Below, one piece after another: positions 45,751 through 58,425 of a DNA stretch of 64,000 nt. Position numbers and translations under genes: made by a program. The stretch is from Callorhinchus milii (Eukaryota). The first letter of the stretch is position 1. Each line of letters begins with the position of its first letter. The notes below the pieces were generated by a model. It was not told the origin of the DNA. It was given only the letters and a program-made list of their open reading frames with translations, and made no database searches. The stretch spans positions 21,514,001 through 21,578,000 of the forward strand of contig NW_024704749.1 of assembly GCF_018977255.1 (NCBI RefSeq). Reading direction: 5' to 3'.

Positions 45751-45815
45751 GGGCATTAAAAAAAAACTCAAAAAAATAATAATTTGATCACTTCAATCCA
45801 TGCCTGTTTGTGGGA

Positions 45816-48251
45816 AACTTCAAAGCTCTGGGCTGCTGCTGTTGTTTTTTTTGTGTGTAATGATTTGGTGATTAGTTTGTAAGCTGGCAGGGCCATCTTT
45901 CCACCCATCGGCGAGAGGGAAGACGGAGTTTAAATGAATGCTTTACATCACTAATAATTAACGTGATAGTCAGCCTCCCCTCTGTTACTTAATGAAGCGG
46001 AAAATAAGGCAAGGGTTCTGGGATGTGCAATTGCTGTTTACCCTTCTGCCCATTCCTGGGGTTTTCTGCTTACACACAGCCCTCTCCTACACTATCCTGT
46101 GCTTAGCACCCAGTTGCCACAAATTCTAAATGGAAATTCTGCTTCATCTTGGTTTGGATACTCATTTAAGCATGGTGCTGGGTTTCCGCATGTATCAGAC
46201 GCCCACCCGGCTGGCCCCCAAAAATACGAAAGAGTTGCTTTTTGGTAGCTGCTTTCTGTTTTGGACATTGGAATATAGAAAGTCTCGCATCATGGTATTG
46301 ATTTTTACAGTCAAATAACATCTGAGAGACACTTTTCAAAAGAGTGAATCTGTACACACAACCATGCATGTTCTGTTAAACAGCCGGGAATGTGGCACCC
46401 TGGAACATTTTTCTAACGTGAAGGGTGCTATACAGTGTAATTTGTTGTTTTGTTGTTGCGCACTCTTGCCGTAGCTTGGTGGATATTTCACTTGCACAGC
46501 AGAGAAGTTATGCACGTGAGACAAGTTGCACTGTTTGAGGAGAGATGAGAAATCTGTGCACTGAAGTTCACGAGAGATTGGGATGAAGACAGTGCTTTGA
46601 CCTATTTGATCTTGAATACTCATTAAGGGTTTGTAAAGGCTTCCAGGAATGATTCTTAAAATTAATACATGTCCACAATTCACAGAAGCAGACTGTGTCT
46701 CTTTATGAGCTTGAACTAGACCTTTTTGGGTCAAACTTCATGCAGAGAGGCCGTTACCAGGAATGTAACAGCCAGATTCTTAGTATTTAATATTTTACTG
46801 CACAGACTATGTTACCCAGTTACTTACCACTTGGATAAAAATATTACTGTCTTGCCACAGGCTATAATCAATAACACACAGATATTTAATAATCAAGAAA
46901 GAGTAATAAGCAGCCAGGAATAATGATACATAAGCACATAGACTAACAGCTAAGAATTAAATTATCTTTGAAAAATGTCTTATGAAATAAAAAACTAAAA
47001 AAAAAAATTATTTCACTCAATCTACGAATGTTTGTGGGACGCTGCTGTGCACAATTGGCTGCTGCGTTTTGCCCACAAAATATACAGTCAATCCACTTTA
47101 CAGTATATTTTGTGAAACATTTTGAGAGGTCTCGAAGACCTGATAAGGCGCTGTATCAAATGCAAGGATTATTATAGGTTTATTATTATTAAAACTGATT
47201 TATTTTTAGCTTAGTTTGAGAGTAACCATCAAATTTCCAATCACATGAAACAATAGAAGTTTCTCTTTGACCTCAGAGCCTGTTAAAGAACCATTTGAAT
47301 CATTTTACCTTTTTGTTGCTCAGGCCTCTGAATTGCTGAATTGGGTGTGCTCTTGAGGGGAGCAGTGGCTCTTGAGATGAGAGATTCTCTGAATGGGAGT
47401 AGGTGCTCTGGACCAGTAAAATTTATGCAAAACCAGTTGTGTGCATTGCACCTGAGAGGTACATTATGTCTCTTAATGTGGAAGGATTATCACGGTTTAT
47501 AAGTAATTAGATAAAGGATGAGGAGCTCTTAAACCGATTATTGTTCACAATACGCAGTGCAGAAGCAGGATATATTTACAAGTACCTCTCTAGTTTAGCT
47601 AGAAATCGTTCAATTGTCTATCACTTGCTTTTTTTTTTGGTATTTCAATAAATACCGCAGCTGCTACTGTCTTCTCGGCTGCACCGTTGATCTATTGGTT
47701 TTGTGCACATAGAGGGGTTTATAAATCATCATAACATAGCTCCAGGAATGACCGTGCTAAGGGCTGGCAAAGTAGATTGCGACTAACGGCCTCGGCAGGG
47801 AGGAAAAAAAAACTGGTATGTGCACTGCCTCTGACAGCTTACTGATGGCGTTTGTTTTCTGTGTCTGTGCGATTGCCATTGGGGCAGCACTACTGGGAGC
47901 ACTCGGCATGAGTCTCACTCGTGTTACACTCTGCCATTTAACAAGAAAGCTTCTTTCCTTTCCACAAGGGGAAGGGTGTGTGTATGTAGGGAAGGGATGC
48001 GAGAAAGAGAGGGAGAGATGAATTAGGAGAGGGAGAGAGGAAAGAGGGTGGGGAGAAGGAGTGAAGGGCAGAGAGAAGGGAACGTCTATAAGGAAATCTA
48101 TACAGTTAAATGTTTTGCTGTGGCACTGTTTTTTGGTGGAAGCTACGGGTTGTCTATGTTAGAAATGTGGAGAGAAGTGTGGAGTGCACATTGTGACAAA
48201 TGGGAAACTAGTGTGAGATTTGCTGATGGTTCTCTCCTGGTGAACATCTCT
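45816..48251. repeat. Duplicated block Y' (inverted copy of 32179-34611)
   Basis: Direct reverse-complement comparison. Confidence 0.97.
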
Positions 48252-51200
48252 CTGCCAGGAAAGTGCAGTACAGTGATTTTAAAACAGTGAACACTAAGAT
48301 GGGACCATTGGGTTGAGTCCTGGACGAATTGACCTAAAGTAACCCTGTGCAGGGTGCTCACTTGTCATCTCACCACATGGCACCACAAATATATAGTCAA
48401 TTCACTTTACAGTGTGTTCTGTGAAGCGCTTTGGGACGTCCTCCCGACGTGAAAAGCGCTATATCAAATGCAAGGATTATTATTATTATTATTATTATGG
48501 CACAAGGGGCTGGATGGCATGGACCTGTACTTGGCCTGAATGGGAGAGCCGTGGTAACAAAAAGTTTCTGATGTCTAGTATGGGGAAATAATCTGCATTT
48601 CTGACCCCATAACTGCATTCAGTAGGTTGCCTATTATAATGCTGTAGTATCTATTTAAATAATCCATGACACATAGTAAAAGTGTAGTATGCTTGGAAGA
48701 ACCAGGCAAATTTGGCTCTAAGGTTCCCAAAGTTTCCCACTGTGTTGTAGACTAATCCATACAGAATTAATTGCTATCAACATCTCCATTATTGTAGCAG
48801 GCAAGTAGCAGGATGCTAGGAGACGGACTAGATGGACCTTGGTGTTTTTTTGGTCTAGCAAATCCTATCTTCCTAATTGAACACAGTTCAAAGTGGATTG
48901 GGGGAAACTGCCTGAACTGCGTTATCAGATGTGAATGAACAGCTTTCCCCATCTCTCTGTCTCAAACTAACCGCTGGAACTTCCCTGTCCACATGGTGTG
49001 GCAGGCAAGAAGCGTTGAATGAAATGCTCCCTCCTCCTACCCCCCAGATCATCAATAATGGTTTAATTATTCTCATCGGGGAGGGGCTGAGGCGCGCTCT
49101 TTGCCCCGATGGCTGACGGCAGCAGTTGGGTGGTTGAGCTCGCTCTCCCCCGCTGCTTCACTTTGATGGTGTGGGGAATAAATCCTGCCTCCCTTTTCAT
49201 CCCCAGGGCGAGCGTAAAAATGAGATTAGCACCAAGATTTACCTCTGGCTTCACTTTGTGGAACAGGGCGAGTAAAGGATTGCCTCCTGTTGTCTGACTT
49301 TATCTTTTTAAATTCGAGGATAGATTGTTGGGTTAGGGATTATCCTTTCATGGGCAATAAATCAGCCTGGTTGGTGTCTGTGTCAGAGCCATTCTGTGGA
49401 AAAAAAAGCAGCACAACTAACCGCTAATTCCACTTAAGTCAATACCTGATAGAGTTCGACTAACTGAACATAAATTGGAAAAAAAGTAAGACCTTCATGT
49501 GCTTTATATCTTTGTAACAGAAAGCGAGTGGAAACACAGCCCCCTGTGAAATGGCATGTTTCTCCTCTTCCATCCCCCCCACCCCCCCCCCCCCCCCCCC
49601 CATCCAGTATATTGATAGTGACACATGTAAGAGATGCGGAAAACTTGCAGAGGAATCAATAAGTGCCCCGATCACATCACCTCCCCGCGCACACACTAAT
49701 CATGACAAGATGGTTTTGTCAGTCACTGGCTAACTTGTTCAATATCTGACGTACTCAACAGTTCCCAGAAATAGTAACACTGCACTCTAAAGGGATCGTA
49801 TTTATGGACACAACAAATGAAATAATTGTCAGCAAGGGTCGAGCAGTTGTTTAGAGATTTTGTCGAGGTCTCTCTGTGCCCACGTTCTAATCATTTACCT
49901 TCAGAGTTATATTAAATCAAATCTATATATTTATTAGTACATCTCACTGCCCAAAAGACTCCCTACACATATTCATCTCATCGTTCCGTAATCTTAAATC
50001 CTTTTCATTTCTAGGAATTTTCCTGCAGTGCGTTCTTCTTGAAACACTGTATGGTTGTTTATTCCACCACCCGTGCTGCAAATATGTTTCATAATTCTGT
50101 CACCCTTTTGCTAAAATAATCGCTCTTGTACTTTTTCTACCCCCATCCCCTTTATTTGGAAACAACGACCTTGAGTTGTGACTCGCACCTGATAGGTGAG
50201 GAAAGTGTTTCTCTTGTGTTTGTGTTTCTCAGTGTTTCTCTGCTCAGTCTCTAACCTGAAACACTGGATGTGTTTTTTTGCTGCAAGGCACCCCCTTCGG
50301 TTCTCCTTCTCTCAGCAGACACAGTAAAGTTAGTTTAGTTCAGTAGCAAATCTCGTATCCTACATTAATGGGGCCAATAGGTGGGAACCGACCATGGTTC
50401 CCCAGAAAGCACATGGCCAGTTGCCCACTTTAATAACTGGAAGAGTGGTGTACGGTTCTGGTTCGGCCTCCAGCACTTCCAGCGCCTTGGGACGTCCTCC
50501 CAACGTGAAAGGCTCTATACAAATGTAATTTTGTTGTTGTTGTAGCTAGGCCCCATGACAGCACTGCATCTGCTCTACATTGTGGGACTCTGCTGTCTGC
50601 AATTGGCTGCTGCGTTTCACCCACAAAATATACGTTACAAAATAGTCATTATATTCAGAATAGTATATTCTGTGAAGCACTTTGAGACTTCTCAAAGTCT
50701 TGATAAGGCGTTAAATCAAATGCAAGGAATATTATTGCATGTGTAGCTCGGACAGGGAAGGAGAGACAGGATAGCAGATGTCCATCCAGCAACCGGATGA
50801 TAGGTCTCCTCACAGCCTAGCCAATCAACACAACCCTTTTGTTAACGTGGAGATACCAGGGGTAATAATCCCTTCAAACTTCAAAATAAATAAATAATCA
50901 TTTGGTCACTCAATCCACGACTGTTTGTGTGACGCTGCTGTATGCAATTGGCTGCCATGTTTCGACCACAAAATACACAGTCAATCCACTTTACGATATA
51001 TCCTGTGAAGCGCTTTGAGACGTCTCAACAATGGGATAAGGCACTATATCAAATACAAGGATTATTATATAAATATAACTGGATAAATTAGAGATTGGGC
51101 TCCAGTTTAAACAGAAAAGACTGGTAGACTTCAAGTGTCAAGGAGGAGAAAGGAAATGGGATTGCATATTGAAGGGATATCATTATGGGAAGCCTTTCAG

Positions 51201-51650
51201 ACATGCAATCAGAACACAAGGCACATCTATCCCCGAGTACTGAGCACAAGAGTTTTTTTTTTCTCTTCATTTGTAATGAGTGAGGGAATATTTCATCTTG
51301 AATGTCTTTTGCAGCTTTCAAAATGTGCGTGTTTTCTGTCACCTAACAGCACCGCCACAAATGGTTTCCTGTCAGTTCCTAATGCTGAATATTGTCCAAT
51401 TATCCAAATGTTCAAAACCACGAGAATAGAGACTTTTACTTCACAGTATTTTTTTTTGAAGGAGTTAAAACAATGAAATCCAATTACAGTTTTTTATATT
51501 TTCGCAAAAAGCCAATGCTCTGTCAGGGTTAAACATAAGTTTAACAGCATCTAATGCTGCCAAGACATACTCTCTGCCCCGAACAATAGCACAAACAGAG
51601 TGCAGGGCTCTGCATGCAACTTTTCTTTTATGAGCATGATACTTTCTGTG

Positions 51651-51687
<37 letters not shown>

Positions 51688-52789
51688 CGGTTCAATGCAG
51701 ACAGCCTGTTAGGAAGATTGCTATGGAGATCACCCACAAAATCAATCCAGTCAATTCACTTTGCTGTATATTCTACGAAGCGCTTTGAGACGTCTCAACG
51801 ACATGATAAGCTAAAGTTGCATTAACAGGTTTCTAACTCCAAATGCTACTCTGGTGATACTTACAAGGAGACATCATGTTTGAAAACTGTAGGGTCAAGG
51901 GCTTTAGGGGTCCCAGGAGAGACAACTGCTCCGATTCAGTTCATACTTTCATGGCACATTCCTCCCTCTCCATACTAGCTTAAACTGGTGATAGCTTCTG
52001 CTGCAGAGATCCTAGAGATGCCTCCATTAATAATAATAATAATCATCATCCTTGAGTTTTAAATAGCACCGTATGTCATTGAGGTGGCTTAAAGCGCTTC
52101 ACATAATATACTGTAAAGTGAGTTGACTGTATATTTTGTGGGCGAACCATGGAAGCCAATTGCGCACAGCAGTGTCCCACAAACAGTCGTGGATTGAGTG
52201 ACTATATTTTAAAATTTTGTCACCAACATGTATGCAAAATAAGCTATCATCACAGGATTCCCCTAACGAGAGGTGTTATCTGAAGGGGACAACTCTCCTG
52301 TGTCTACAATGTGCATCAATAACAAAACAAAATTGGTCACTCAATCCACTGCTGTTTGTGGGACACTGCTGCGCGCAATTGTCTGCCACATTTCGCCCAC
52401 AAAATATACAGTCAATTCACTTTACAGAATAGTCTGGGAAGCGCTGTGAGACGTCTCAAAGACGTGATGAGGCGCCACATCAAATATTATGATTAAGACA
52501 ATAAGAAGTTTCAGTTTGGGGGAACTGTGTAAAGAGGGGCAGACTGTGGAGGTGGATTGTCCTGGCAGAAATGTATGGCTAATGGGAAAGCATGTCATTG
52601 ACAACACAGTTATATCAGGTGTGCCACTTGCACTGCAGGCCCAAAGGAGTTGATGGCTGATAGAGCCCTTTAATCCCTTCGCTTTTTTTTTCTTAAATAT
52701 TAAAACAAGCAAACTTTTCTCGCGTATTTTATCACCACACATCACATCAGTCTCTTCTCACTTCCTGACTTTTTTTTTTGATTTTGCTT

Positions 52790-53135
52790 ATCCTCTTTTC
52801 ATTTGTTCTCTTGCCCTGTTTAATGTCACAGATTTTGGTGTCAAACTGGGTACAATAATGAGGCCTTCGCTGTAGCAGGTTTTTACATCATGTTAGAAGT
52901 CTTTGGGAGCAGGGAGGAAAGATTGAGATTGGATGACAATTACACAAGTGCTGAAATCTGCAGTATTGCAAATTCCTAGCTTGGATACTATCAGCAAGGA
53001 GCTCACCAATTCTGCGCTTAATTCCTTTTGAATGGATCTGAGGTGGCTGTCTGCCATTAGGAGAAAGCTTGAGATATTCCACAGATCAAGGGCACCAGCA
53101 CTTGACCTTGAAACATTTCCAGAACAATGTTCCAG
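52790..53135 (-). mobile_element. Degenerate CR1-type LINE fragment
   Basis: tggtgtcaaactgggtacaataatgaggcc (RPH-YC-QF on minus) and aaatctgcagtattgcaaattc (RT region). Confidence 0.45.
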
Positions 53136-53860
53136 TAAAGGAAACCTCTGCATTATAGTGTGGGACCCTTTGGTTGTTATGGACTGTGCTTATATATATA
53201 TGAGGGAGAAGGGAATACAGGGGCACAGGAGATGGGAATAGGATGGGATGAGGCTAAACCGGTATTGAGGAGAAAAGAGACACACTTGTCAATTGTGACC
53301 CTAACATTTACCAGCTCTCCACAAACAAACTGTGAATTATGGCTTAAAGCGGCCTCTCTGAGGTGCGTAAAACTTGAACTAACTGGGAGGTGAAATAATC
53401 TAGTCATCTAGAAGAAGTTGTGGGTTTGAAAGGGGAGGGGGGGGGGGGGTTCTGTGAGAAAGGATTGGGTTAATTCTTCTCTATTCACAGCACAAGCATG
53501 GTATTTGTAGTTAACATTGTTCCGTACCCATTATGCCTTGCACTACCGGTGCCTCCCAACAATTATCTTTGCATGTACTGCACTGTCAATCGTCTGCTCG
53601 CCATAAATTAAACGCTCCGTAAATTACTTCAGCCTCTTGCAGGATTATTGGTTTCATAATGCAGGTCAGTGCTGAAGTGAACAGCGAATGCTGGGAAGAA
53701 GCGAGGTTGCTTCCTGCACCCTAGGGAGAAGCCCTGTGGGTAACAAATGAACTCACCGCTTCTGTGTGTAAGGAGAGGCGGCTCAGCCTGCACCAGTTCT
53801 GCATCACTGATGCGCGCTTCCATTTCTCTTACTGGCTACACGCTATGTATTTTTCATTGT

Positions 53861-54217
53861 GGAGTCCTGTAGCTCAGTGGCTAGAGCGCTCGCCTCGCAA
53901 GCGAGAGGATTTGGATTCAATTCCCGGGCAGGGCGAAACGTTGGGCAAGTCTCCTTACTCTGCTCACCTCTGTTTACCCAGCAGTAACTAGTAATTCCGT
54001 TGTTAGTTAACTGGCGGATCGCTTTTCTGGGAGTAATAATCCCTTAAAAAAAATAATAATTTGGTCACTCAATCCATGACTGTTTGTGCACAATTCCCTG
54101 TAGCATTTCGCCCACAAAATATACAGTCAATGCACTTTACAGTATATTCTGTGAAGGGCTTTGAGGCACCTCAACAACATAGGGTGCTACATAAAATGCA
54201 GGGATTATTATTTTATT
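53861..54217 (+). mobile_element. Full-length tRNA-Ala-headed SINE
   Basis: ggagtcctgtagctcagtggctagagcgctcgcctcgcaagcgagagg...ttcaattccc; body; tail. Confidence 0.92.
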
Positions 54218-55257
54218 ACTGAGCCACGAGAAGCTCTGGCTACCAATTTCCCATTATTCTAAATACAAAAATGTCATCTCTAGGGCACAGGTTGCTGGAG
54301 TATAACACAAAGTATCAGGAAATTCACAGCAAAGTTCTGGTAAAATTGCAAAATACACAGTTTAGAACGAGATCTAAAACATTTTTTTTTGGTGTGAGAC
54401 TTTCTTATAATCCTTGCATTTGATATAGCGCCTTATCACATCTTCGAGTCGTCTCAAAGCGCTTCACAGAATATACTGTAAAGTGGATCGACTGTGTATT
54501 TTGTGGTGAAATGTGTGGGCCGTCTCAATGACGTGATAAGGCGCTATATCAAATGCAACGATTATAAGGTAGTCTCACATCATATCAAAAAAAAAATGTT
54601 TTACAACTCTTTCAAAATCTTTGTATTTGCAATTTTACTCTCTCATCCTCCCGGACGCGAGGGAGCTCGTCTGTGTGCCAGTGCAGAAGTCAAGTTGCTC
54701 AAATGAGATGCACTCGGGCACGGTGTATAGCACGGGTGCATTATTGAAGTGTAATCAAACATCAACTAAGTGGAAAATAAATATCCAGATCTCATAAGCA
54801 GCACAGCGAGATCATGTAAATGCAAATGAGGAGGGCTGGTTTTTCAAAGTCACCACCAGGGGAAATCAGGGCTCCGTCACTGCAATCACTTCATTGGGGG
54901 CAGTGCACTAAATCAACATGAAATAATAAGCGCATGATGGGCTGGCTTAGCTTCTACAAGAGGGTGAAAAGGGAGCGTTGTACAGGAGGTCAGTGCAGAT
55001 TCACAGCGATGGGGTGAGAGAGAGAGAAACTAGGGAGAGAGGAGATGAGGAAAGAAGGGAGGGAGGGAGCACAATTAGAATCAACAACAACAAATTACAT
55101 TTGTATCGCACCTTTCATCACTGGGAGGTCATCATAAGGTGCTCCCTTCTCCATCTCCTTGGGAATCAGGAGAGCAAGCTAGGGAAATAGAAAGAATTAC
55201 AATCAGTAGAGGGTCTTAAACAGAAGTTACACACTATTACAAAAAGCCGAGAAAGAG

Positions 55258-55665
55258 GCAAGCAACAACTTGCACTTACATGGCGCCTTCCACGCAGGGT
55301 AGCGACTCAGAGCGCTTAAGAGTGGCGGAGCCTGACTCCGAGCCAGGGGGTAGAGGGGAGGTGGCCGTAAGCACGATCGAAGAGGAAAGTTTTCAGTCGG
55401 GACTTGAAAGAGGGGAGAGTGGGGGCAAAACGGAGGGATTGAGGGGGAGTGTTCCAGAGTTTTGGGGCATAGTGACTGAAAGCGCAACTTCCGATGGTGG
55501 GGCAGAGGGTGCGAGGGACGAGCAGGAGGCTGATGCCAGTCGGGTGGTGGAGTGAGGAGGTAGGTGCCAGGGAGTGAATGGATTTGAACACGAGTGTGAG
55601 GATCTTGAATTTGATCCATTCGGTGATGGGGAGCCAGTGGGGCCTGGCCAGAACTGGTGAGATGT
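55258..55665 (-). mobile_element. L2 LINE 3' fragment
   Basis: HISPVLARPHWLPITEWIKFKILTLVFK...FSHYAPKLWNT...FKSRLKTFLF. Confidence 0.9.
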
Positions 55666-56250
55666 GGATACTTTTGCAGAACGAATTGCAGGTGCTAAAC
55701 CATGGATCCAGGGAGCATTCCATTGAATTGCACTGCCGGAGCAGGGCAAATAAGTATGAAAAGAACAGTGTTTAATCATACTATATTGGACAACTACAAT
55801 GCTGTTCAATAATTGAACTCTTTTTGCCAATTATCTCATTTGTTTCTTAAACAAAATCTGTTGCCTGTATCCCGTGCTGCCGCTGCTATTGTTGCAATGC
55901 TCAACATCTCACGGCTCCCAGGGAAAGCTCCTCATCAAATAAAATATCTGGCTTCCCTTCCCGCATTCCACACTTTGCGGAGGAGTAAGGAAGACTAAAA
56001 AGCAGGAGGAATATGTTTGTGAACGAGTAGAGAAGAGATGAGAGAGACAGAGAGAGTATTACAGGACTGAGGGAGGGAGTACTGTAATGCTAAACCAATG
56101 TATCCAGAAGGGACTATTATTTAAATGATAAGAAAATAATCTGTATGGGAAAATGAAGAGAATCCTGATTGACAATAACTTTAAGATATTGTAACAGTGC
56201 GCAGTAGCATTAAAATACTGGGTTGCATTAATAGGGCAATATTAAAAGAT

Positions 56251-56553
56251 GGAGTCCTGTAGCTCAGTGTTTAGAGCACTCGCCACGCAAGCGAGAGACC
56301 TGGGTTAGATTCCGGGCACGGTGAAACCTTGGCCAAGTTTCCTTATTCCACACACCTGATTATAATCCCTCAAGAAAAAAATAATGATTTGGTCACTCAA
56401 TCCACGATGTTTGTGGGACACTGCTGTGCGAATTGGCTGCTGCATTTTGCCCACAAAATATACAGTCAATTCACTTTGCAGTATATTCTGTGAAGCGCTT
56501 TGAGATGTCTAGAAGACGGGATAAGTGCTATATCAAATGCAAGAATTATTATT
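56251..56553 (+). mobile_element. tRNA-headed SINE (internally deleted) nested between CR1 remnants (56150-56245, 56560-56702)
   Basis: Head, body and tail motifs; flanks ctgggttgcattaatagg and gaactagatggaccttggtc...ttcttatgttcttatg. Confidence 0.85.
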
Positions 56554-58004
56554 AGAAGAACAAATTAGATATATTTCTGCTAGAAAATAATATCTTAGTA
56601 TATAGTTCGGGACACAAAATATCAAGCGACTGCCATGATGGTGGAAGGCGAACTAGATGGACCTTGGTCTTCTTTTGCCTTGCAAATTCTTATGTTCTTA
56701 TGAATCCAGGCCTGCTTTCCCTGCGCCATATGCCAGATTGGGGAGGGTCACATTTGCTCACCCATTGCCTACAATGATATTTAAAATGTGCCCCAAGAAT
56801 GAACAAACTCAGAGTGATTCTGTGTTAGCCCCACAGAACTGCATCTTAACCAGTTTATCCAGAGGTTTAGGGTATCCCTTGATATCCTTACCCGAATAAT
56901 TGATAGGGCAGATGGGACCTCTTAGCCAGCTTTTGTCAGTCAGAGAGCAACCCGAGTTGCCCAGCCTCTAATCCTGAAGAAATGCGCTAGTAACAACAGT
57001 ACATGGGAGGAAACCTTCAAAGACAGCAAACTGTGGCAAACTGTGCTATGTAGGCAGGGAGTTGACGATTTTGAACAAGCTAGGAAGAAGAACATAGATA
57101 GAGGAAGGAGCGTCAGTCTGCTGCGACCAAACCATCAACTGGGTCAACTCTCACATCTGTGGTAAAATCTCTCTCTAGGATTGGTACACAACCACCTAAA
57201 TGCCCACCAAAGCCGAGGCCAGTCTTAAAACTCGAATCCCCCCCCCCCTTTTTGGTAATAGCTGAGGAACAATCTTGCTTGATTATTGAGGGATGGCCTA
57301 CTGCTATTATTAACCCTGACATTTGCTTCACAATTCATTCCCTCCATGACTGGAAACTCGCCACGTTACTAGGAGTTGAGGTACAGATCAGCCATGATCT
57401 AACAGAATGGCGGAACAGGATCAAGGGCTGAATGGCCTATTCATGTTCCTATAAGTTCACAAAAACTGCATTCAGCCGCTCACCCAAAAGTTATCTGCCC
57501 AGTTGTGGATTGACGAAATGTGAAACGCTTTGCACCACTAAGGGGCGCTACTGCTCTCCTTTTTGCAATGAGCGTGAGTGCGAACTGGCCTCCAGTTCTG
57601 GGCGACATGTGCTCGGCTGCACAAGCTGTCACAATCTTCTGCGTAACCCTACAGAGGAAACATCAGCCCTTGCAAGGAAGCTACAAGCCGATTTCTCCAC
57701 AACGTCCCTAATTCGTTCTGCAAACCCGCTCCTGTGCTCTCCAGGCATCAGCACGTGGGGAATGTGTTCACCCTTCCTCAGAGCTGGCAAACAGAAGCTT
57801 TGTCTCTGCAAGCTCTCACTGCGGCTTACCGAACAAACAAATGTCATTGTCGCCTCATGCCATTGGCTCCATGTTGAACTTTTACTGGTCAAAGCCAAGC
57901 CACAGAGCAAGTGTGACATGAAGCTCCATCCCAGTTACAACAATAGCAACAACAACTTGCATTTATATAGCGCCCTTCACACAAGGTAGCATCTCAGATG
58001 CTTA

Positions 58005-58425
58005 ATAATAATAATAATAATCCTTGCATTTGATATCGCGCTTTTCACGTCTTCTAGACGTCCCAAAGCGCTTCACAGAATATACTGTAAAGTGAATTGA
58101 CTGAATATTTGTGGGCGAACAGGTGGAGCGTGATGCTGGGGTGAGGTGACCATAAGCACGGCCAAAAAGAAAGGTCTTCAGGCGAGATCCGAAAATGAGG
58201 AAGGAGGGAGCAAGGTGGAGGGATTGAGGGAGAATGTTCCAAGGTGCTGTGGCATAGTGGCTGAAAGCATGGCCACCGATGGTGGAGTGGAGGGGACATA
58301 GGACAAACATGAGGCAGGAGCCAGATAGAGCGGGTGGTGGAATGAGACGAAAGCAGGTCAGAGAGGTAGGGAAGTGCCAGGGCATGAAAGTATTTGTAGA
58401 TGAGTGTGAGGATCTTGAAGTTGAA
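58005..58425 (-). mobile_element. SINE tail (58005-58120) joined to an L2 3' fragment (58120-58425)
   Basis: FKILTLIYK...AFSHYATAPWNILP...RLKTFLFGRAYG followed by SINE tail. Confidence 0.85.

Noticed and set aside
45072-45771. 214- and 227-aa repetitive ORFs, and a possible CRISPR-like array
   Set aside because: Pure tandem 39-40 bp minisatellite with no unique spacers; the ORFs are by-products of a stop-poor unit.
53861-53935. tRNA-Ala-like genes (also 30712, 31277, 56251, 59606, 60484)
   Set aside because: No paired acceptor stem, and each continues into SINE body and tail; they are SINE heads.
57432-57989. 185-aa Cys-rich ORF
   Set aside because: Starts in a CR1 3' UTR remnant and ends in an L2 tail; no domain pattern or convincing splice context.
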